A stretch of 43,320 bases of DNA from an uncultured Syntrophaceae bacterium (GTDB lineage Bacteria > Desulfobacterota > Desulfomonilia > Desulfomonilales > Desulfomonilaceae): NCBI GenBank assembly GCA_964613745.1, contig CAZTJA010000014.1, positions 1 through 43,320 on the forward strand. The letters are read 5' to 3'. Position numbers and translations under genes: made by a program. Below, piece by piece: positions 37,965 to 43,320 of this stretch. Below the pieces are notes generated by a model. That model was not told the DNA's origin. It was given only the letters and a program-made list of their open reading frames with translations, and made no database searches. Position 1 is the stretch's first letter; every line of letters starts with the position of its first letter.

Positions 37965-38887
37965 AGAGCGATAACAAAAAGAGAATCGACATTTTGCTAA
38001 ACCCGAAGGCGGGTACGAGCGGCAACACTGCCGACCACCTAAGGCAATTGTTCGACGCCTGCGACGATCATTTGGTTCTAGTTCATTTATGCAATAACTC
38101 CTTGGATATGGAGTCTTTTTTGGATCAGGCATTGTTCGGGGGAGCAGACATAATCGTAGCGGCCGGCGGAGACGGTACGGTAAGTTCAGTGGCAAGGAAA
38201 CTGGTGGGGAAAACAGCCGCTCTCGGAATATTGCCAATGGGCACTCTGAATCATTTTGCTAAGGATTTGGGTGTTCCTTTAGACATAGAAGAGGCGGTTC
38301 ATGCAATCTGCCGGGGTGAATCCAGAAAAGTCGATGTGGGAGAAGTTAACGGTACATTTTTTATTAACAACGTAAGCCTTGGCTTCTATCCCAAAGTTCT
38401 GAGATTTAGAGATAAACTGAAGCCTTATATCGGAAAGTGGCCGGCAATGATTGCGGCTGTTTTCCAAACCGCCTTTAGACTACCCTTTTTCAAGGTGAAA
38501 CTATTTTGGGACGGCAATCAGGTCCGTAGATTTGCTCCTCTCATTTTTGTGGGAAATAATCCATACGAAATGCACTGGCCTGATGTAGGGAAAAGGTTGT
38601 CTCTGGAAAAAGGTGTACTTTGGGTAATGTTGCTCAGAAGCAATGGGATATTGAGTAATTTAAGATCAGCATGTCTTGCCCTTGTAGGTCGTATGTCTGA
38701 AAATAAAGATGTGGAAGTGCTGGAAATGAAAGAACTCGTTATTCGTTCAAGACGTCGACGTTTTTCATTAGGCGTTGACGGTGAGCTTATCCGACATCGT
38801 GGCACTCTTCGCTTTCAAATTCATCCACAGAAACTCAACGTCATCGTGAAGAATCATTCAGGCTCGGATTTGACAACCGATGCATAA
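37937..38887 (+). CDS. Diacylglycerol/lipid kinase catalytic domain protein (YegS-like)
   Basis: DAGK_cat motifs (ILLNPKAG, IIVAAGGDGTV, LGILPMGTLNHFA). Confidence 0.75.
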   Translation: MEAGCSGKIKSDNKKRIDILLNPKAGTSGNTADHLRQLFDACDDHLVLVHLCNNSLDMESFLDQALFGGADIIVAAGGDGTVSSVARKLVGKTAALGILPMGTLNHFAKDLGVPLDIEEAVHAICRGESRKVDVGEVNGTFFINNVSLGFYPKVLRFRDKLKPYIGKWPAMIAAVFQTAFRLPFFKVKLFWDGNQVRRFAPLIFVGNNPYEMHWPDVGKRLSLEKGVLWVMLLRSNGILSNLRSACLALVGRMSENKDVEVLEMKELVIRSRRRRFSLGVDGELIRHRGTLRFQIHPQKLNVIVKNHSGSDLTTDA

Positions 38888-38927
38888 TGAGTTAAGCTCG
38901 GAATTCAAGACTTTGCCACGGGTGAAC

Positions 38928-39020
38928 ATGTCAGCCATTATTACAAATCAGTCGAAAATCAACCAAGCCGATTTTGAGGCATTCTTTTTTTGCTTTTTTA
39001 TTCCGGATCCGCTCGGATAA
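38928..39020 (+). CDS. Candidate Phe-rich leader peptide (30 codons: MSAIITNQSKINQADFEAFFFCFFIPDPLG)
   Basis: ATG preceded by GGTGA. Seven Phe codons within 11 codons (six in an eight-codon stretch). Lies directly upstream of alternative hairpins, an intrinsic terminator and a Phe-pathway gene. Confidence 0.5.
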   Translation: MSAIITNQSKINQADFEAFFFCFFIPDPLG

Positions 39021-39079
39021 GCTGAAAAAGTTTGCCCCGGGTGGATCTAAACGGTCCCCCGGGGTTGCGAATATACAAA

Positions 39080-39114
39080 CCCCGAGGATAACTCCTTCGG
39101 GGTTTTTTATTTTT
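39080..39114 (+). terminator. Intrinsic terminator / attenuator hairpin (CCCCGAGG-ataact-CCTTCGGGG followed by TTTTTTATTTTT), 18 nt before the aroF-pheA fusion start
   Basis: GC-rich 8-bp stem with a U-run. The upstream hairpin GCCCCGGG...CCCCCGGGG (39034-39064) can alternatively pair with the terminator 5' arm (CGGGG/CCCCG), giving antiterminator logic. Confidence 0.6.
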
Positions 39115-39132
39115 GGAATGTTGGAGTTAACC

Positions 39133-41025
39133 ATGATCCTAGTTCTTAAAAGAGGAATCTCCGACCAGGAGATCGAAGAATTAAAACAGAGATTGCGCAG
39201 TGAGGAATGTCTCATAAAAGAAATAAGGGGAGTGGAGGAGACGATACTGGGTGTCGTTGGAACAGTGCGGAACGATGTACGTTATTTTGAGACTTTGCCG
39301 GGAGTAGTAAAAGTCGTACCGATCTCGAAACCTTACAAATTGGTAAGCCGTGAACTCCATCCTGAACCGAGCCTTGTGAAAGTAGGACCGGTAACCATAG
39401 GGGGAGACAGGCTGGTAGTCATTGCCGGTCCTTGTGCTGTGGAAGAGCGTGATCGGACAATGGAAATTGCTCGGCAGGTCAAGCAGTATGGTGCCGTTCT
39501 TTTCCGAGGAGGAGCGTTCAAGCCGAGAACCTCACCTTATTCGTTTCAGGGACTCGGAGAAGAAGGGCTCAAAATACTTGCTGAAGTTAGAAATGAAACA
39601 GGCATGGGCGTAGTGACCGAAATGACTTCCCCCAGTCAAGCCGATCTCATGTGCAAATACGTAGATGTCGTTCAGATCGGCGCGAGAAATATGCAGAATT
39701 TTGAGTTGCTCAAGAGCGTGGGGCGAATGGGTTTACCGGTCCTTTTGAAACGAGGACTATCCGCGACAATTGAAGAATGGCTTATGTCTGCCGAATACGT
39801 ACTTTCCGAGGGGAACAATCAGGTCATTCTGTGCGAGCGAGGCATCCGAACGTTTGAGAGATTTACCCGAAATACCCTGGATTTAAGTGCCGTTCCGGTC
39901 ATCAAATCCTTGACACATCTGCCCATAATAATTGATCCGAGCCATGCCACCGGCATACGGGACAAAGTAGCGCCCATGGCAAGGGCGGCTGTTGCCGTCG
40001 GGGCGGATGGAATCACCGTTGAGGTCCACACCGACCCCGATAAAGCTTTGTCGGATGGTCCTCAAAGTCTCTACCCGGATCAGTTCAAGCAGCTCATGCG
40101 AGATCTACACGTAATCGCCCCGGTAGTTGGAAAACAGCTCGATTTTCATTACTTGGAAAAAGCTGTGAAATTGTTTGAAACAGGGACTCCTTTGAAGAAG
40201 GAGCACAAGGTCGTCTACTCTGGAGTTCCCGGTTCATTCAGCCACAAGGCATGTGTTCAGTACTTCGGAAACGAGATTTCTGCGGAAGGTCGCGTTTCTT
40301 TCAAGGATATTTTTGAAGCCCTGAGTACGGGCGAAGCTGCGCTCGGCCTCATTCCACTAGAGAATTCTCTGACAGGAAGTCACCATGAAAATTACGATCT
40401 CCTTTTGGAATACGAACTTCAGATCGTAGGTGAGATCACATTGAGGATAGAACACCACATGATTGGGAATTCATCTGATGTAGATCTTGATTCCGTCAAA
40501 CGTGTCTATTCTCACCCGCAAGTATTTGAACAATGCAAGGATTTCCTGAAACTCCATCCCCAGTGGGACCTGATTGCATGCACCGATACTGCAACGGCTG
40601 TTCTGCGGGTAAAAGAGAATGATGATGCTCAGGAAGCTGCTATTGCCGGTAAAGAAGCTTTGGAGCTTTATGGAATGGCTCTCATCAGAGAAAATATAGA
40701 ATCAAGCCCCAGGAATTTCACGCGGTTCGTCCTAATTTCAGCAGGCGAATTTCTCGGTCGCGATAAGAATAAAACATCTCTCATCTTCTCCGTGAGTGAT
40801 CGCCCTGGAAGTCTCCATGAAGTACTCAAGATCTTTGCCGATCACGATATAAACATGGTTAAGCTGGAATCAAGACCTATTCACGGCAAGCCATGGGAAT
40901 ACATGTTTTACACGGATCTTGAAATCAATATTCATCGACCGGAGTATTCGACGGTCCTTGAACAACTAAAAAACTCGACGGAATTCCTAAAAATTTTGGG
41001 AACGTATTCCAAGGGGAGTTGCTGA
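39133..41025 (+). CDS. Fusion protein: class I-beta DAHP synthase (with N-terminal ACT-like regulatory domain) fused to prephenate dehydratase (PDT plus ACT)
   Basis: DAHPS/KDO8PS-like core ([20 protein letters not shown]) followed by PDT motifs ([27 protein letters not shown]...W.YMFYTD). Start taken at ATG 39133 with RBS GGAG; the 38974 extension listed in the ORF track is rejected. Confidence 0.85.
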   Translation: MILVLKRGISDQEIEELKQRLRSEECLIKEIRGVEETILGVVGTVRNDVRYFETLPGVVKVVPISKPYKLVSRELHPEPSLVKVGPVTIGGDRLVVIAGPCAVEERDRTMEIARQVKQYGAVLFRGGAFKPRTSPYSFQGLGEEGLKILAEVRNETGMGVVTEMTSPSQADLMCKYVDVVQIGARNMQNFELLKSVGRMGLPVLLKRGLSATIEEWLMSAEYVLSEGNNQVILCERGIRTFERFTRNTLDLSAVPVIKSLTHLPIIIDPSHATGIRDKVAPMARAAVAVGADGITVEVHTDPDKALSDGPQSLYPDQFKQLMRDLHVIAPVVGKQLDFHYLEKAVKLFETGTPLKKEHKVVYSGVPGSFSHKACVQYFGNEISAEGRVSFKDIFEALSTGEAALGLIPLENSLTGSHHENYDLLLEYELQIVGEITLRIEHHMIGNSSDVDLDSVKRVYSHPQVFEQCKDFLKLHPQWDLIACTDTATAVLRVKENDDAQEAAIAGKEALELYGMALIRENIESSPRNFTRFVLISAGEFLGRDKNKTSLIFSVSDRPGSLHEVLKIFADHDINMVKLESRPIHGKPWEYMFYTDLEINIHRPEYSTVLEQLKNSTEFLKILGTYSKGSC

Positions 41026-41062
41026 ACATAGTCAACGAAAACCGGTATTACGGGACTCTTGC

Positions 41063-42964
41063 TTATTTCGGCTTACCGGTTGAACGCGGCATCTGAGGTT
41101 GAATATTCAGTTCTTCAACTTCTTCAAGAATCATTTCAAGTTTGTAGGAGATCACCTGCAAACGGCTGCGATCAGACGGCCGCACATTCTGGGCACGAGC
41201 GCTAATGAGGTCTTGCACGCAACGAATCATGTCCGGAAGGATATCTGATGTGACGGCGTGACTTACGCCTTCTTCACTTAAATAAGAAGCAACGGCGAAT
41301 AATGTTCTCGGATGAAATCGATCGAGTCCGATCTTCTGGGATATTCCTGTTCTGGCAAGAAGCACCCGTGCGGGCCTCTGTACACGGCTCAACCTGAGGT
41401 GCACACCCAATTCACTCAATTTTTCATGGAGATCGGCCAGCATTTCAGCTCCAGGTAAATCGAGATCGCTTGTCATCTCCAGATCTAGAATGACGGTTTG
41501 GACAGATGCCGGGCCATTTTCTATAAGGTCCATTATGTTGTCCCGGATGGCTTCGGCATTCGCATAAAACAGACCTTCTTCCAATCGGATGATTAATAAC
41601 CCTGGAATGACGGTATTTTCGGGATTCTGTTCAATGTTGGTAAATTGAGGTTGATCAGGCACCTTTCCCAATATGCTCAGCTTTGATTGAGAAGCCCGAC
41701 CTATTACAAGCAACAATGAAAGCATGGCCCCGATTATTACCCCATCCAGAATTCCCAGAATTAAAACTCCCGAAAGAGATCCAACGGCAGTCCAAAATTC
41801 GATTCGACGGAATCTAAAAAGGCGCAACAATGCTTCGGTTTTAAACAAGCCGCGCACCGCGGTGAGTACCACGGCGGCGAGAATTGGTTCCGGTAAATTC
41901 GTGAAAAAGTCCGCAAAATAGATAACGAACACTGCGATGGTTATCGCACAGAATCCATTAGCCAACTGGGTCTTAGCCCTTAACACGTCATTTAAGGCCG
42001 TTCGTGAAAAGCTACCCGCAACAGGGTATCCTTGCGAAAAACCGGCTCCTAAACTGCTAACGCCCAATGCAAGAAGCTCTTGGTTCGGATCAATTCTCGT
42101 CTTATGCTTAGAAGCAAAGGTCCGAGCCATGCTCATTCCTTCAAGATATGAAAGCACGAACGCTCCAACTGCAGTCCGCAATAAATCCGGGATATCGTGT
42201 AACTCGATTTTTGGCACAGCGAATGAAGGGAAACCGTCCGGAATAGTCCCGATTATGTGGACTCCCCGATTTACCAGGTCGGTTAAACTCATAAATACTA
42301 TGGAGCCGAGCACCACAATGAGAGCCCACGGCATTTTTCGATAGAGGTGTTCCCCGGCAATCAGAATGATAATTCCGATCAACCCGATGCCTAAAGAGTA
42401 ATAGTTCACATCTCCCAAATGTATGCCGATATAGTAGAGTCGTTCGAAAAAACCGCCAGTTCCTCCGCCTATTCCAAATAGTTTCCCCAACTGGGTTGCG
42501 GCTATGAATAGACCGGCACCAATCGAAAATCCGACCAACACGGATTCGGAAATAAAGTTGACAATGAATCCTAGTCTCAATGCATAAGAGACGAAAGCGA
42601 ACACGGCAACCATGAGTGCGGTTGCCGCTGCTAATGCGATGTAGTGATCGGATGACCCAATGTTCAGATAGGCGAATCCAGAAGCAAGCAATATCGATAC
42701 TGCCGAGGTTGGACCTACAACAAGTTGTTTCGAAGTTCCAAAGAGTGTGTAAAGAAGCGCAGGTATGATGGACGCATAAAGGCCGGTTTTAGCGGGCAAG
42801 CCGGCTAATTCGGCGTAGGCTATAGCCTCGGGAATGGTAAAGGCTGCCAGTGTGATGCCCGCCATAATGTCGGTTCGCAGCCAACCAGGGTTGTAGGCCG
42901 GCAGCCAGTGTACTATCGGGAGGATCCGAGCAAAAGAATCGGATAATGTGCTATGCTTCATCAA
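41063..42964 (-). CDS. SulP family sulfate/anion permease with C-terminal STAS domain
   Basis: Multi-TM SulP core and a C-terminal STAS domain. 633 aa. Confidence 0.85.
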   Translation of the reverse strand: MMKHSTLSDSFARILPIVHWLPAYNPGWLRTDIMAGITLAAFTIPEAIAYAELAGLPAKTGLYASIIPALLYTLFGTSKQLVVGPTSAVSILLASGFAYLNIGSSDHYIALAAATALMVAVFAFVSYALRLGFIVNFISESVLVGFSIGAGLFIAATQLGKLFGIGGGTGGFFERLYYIGIHLGDVNYYSLGIGLIGIIILIAGEHLYRKMPWALIVVLGSIVFMSLTDLVNRGVHIIGTIPDGFPSFAVPKIELHDIPDLLRTAVGAFVLSYLEGMSMARTFASKHKTRIDPNQELLALGVSSLGAGFSQGYPVAGSFSRTALNDVLRAKTQLANGFCAITIAVFVIYFADFFTNLPEPILAAVVLTAVRGLFKTEALLRLFRFRRIEFWTAVGSLSGVLILGILDGVIIGAMLSLLLVIGRASQSKLSILGKVPDQPQFTNIEQNPENTVIPGLLIIRLEEGLFYANAEAIRDNIMDLIENGPASVQTVILDLEMTSDLDLPGAEMLADLHEKLSELGVHLRLSRVQRPARVLLARTGISQKIGLDRFHPRTLFAVASYLSEEGVSHAVTSDILPDMIRCVQDLISARAQNVRPSDRSRLQVISYKLEMILEEVEELNIQPQMPRSTGKPK

Positions 42965-43176
42965 TTCTCCCGGACCGTATTAAACTATCGATTTACTAAG
43001 GAAAATCATTACCAATCCTTGTCTCAGGAGAATTTACAGGGTCATAAATTGTGCCATATCCCGGGCACGAAACATCACTCTATATATGGATATTAGCATA
43101 TATGAAAGTAGTCGCGCTTTCAAGCCTTTAATGTGGAAGACGATCGTCTCAAGAATCTATTGAAATATGTGGAATG

Positions 43177-43320
43177 TTATTCTGCAAAGTAGCGGCATTC
43201 TCGGCAGGGACCCAGCTTAATTTTGCCCATAAACTTGGAATTCTTCATCTCGGCCTGTTTGCGGCGACCTTCACATGCGGCCGGACTGATCTTGCTGAGC
43301 ATACCCGGCACACGGCATTC
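43177..43320 (-). CDS. C-terminal fragment of an ORF that continues beyond the window end (ends ...KFMGKIKLGPCRECRYFAE)
   Basis: Open frame on the minus strand from the window edge to the TAA at 43177-43179. Contains two Cys pairs. Low information. Confidence 0.25.
   Translation of the reverse strand, partial: ECRVPGMLSKISPAACEGRRKQAEMKNSKFMGKIKLGPCRECRYFAE

Noticed and set aside
38974-39132. ORF-track N-terminal extension of the DAHPS-PDT gene (MRHSFFAFLF..., TTG at 38974)
   Set aside because: It starts at a TTG with no RBS and runs through the terminator hairpins. Its Phe-richness is a by-product of the T-runs. The ATG at 39133 with RBS GGAG and a conserved DAHPS N-terminus is the credible start.

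Overview
This 43.3 kb window looks like chromosomal DNA from a sulfate-reducer-like anaerobe (Desulfobacterota/deltaproteobacterial flavour, about 48% GC). It is gene-dense on both strands and mostly housekeeping. Start to end it holds: a 5'-truncated sensor histidine kinase with Cys-rich PAS domains; a minus-strand cluster of three poorly characterised ORFs plus a RodZ-like protein; ComEC; an NfeD-flotillin pair; a ferritin-like protein with a SagB-type dehydrogenase; the hydrogenase maturation operon hypFCDE; an outer-membrane beta-barrel-like protein; a PBP4-type D-Ala-D-Ala carboxypeptidase; tRNA-Leu(UAG); a STAS antagonist; a nucleotidyltransferase/sugar-transferase fusion; an SDR epimerase; an S58 peptidase; a REC-PAS-LuxR regulator; glyQS; a TPR protein, a radical-SAM protein and a 4-TM protein; a PhoU-like protein; thiM-thiE; YraN; an MBL hydrolase; a metallophosphoesterase; a lipid kinase; a DAHP-synthase/prephenate-dehydratase fusion; and a SulP permease. 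No CRISPR array, integrase or transposase was seen. The observation worth most attention is a candidate ribosome-mediated Phe attenuator directly upstream of the DAHPS-PDT fusion gene: a 30-codon leader ORF (MSAIITNQSKINQADFEAFFFCFFIPDPLG) followed by alternative hairpins and an intrinsic terminator. Secondary leads are the tandem Cys4-PAS sensor modules in the kinase, a DUF2971-like 403-aa protein with two small partner ORFs, two consecutive minus-strand terminators that may bracket a small RNA, and the ferritin-like/SagB pair.
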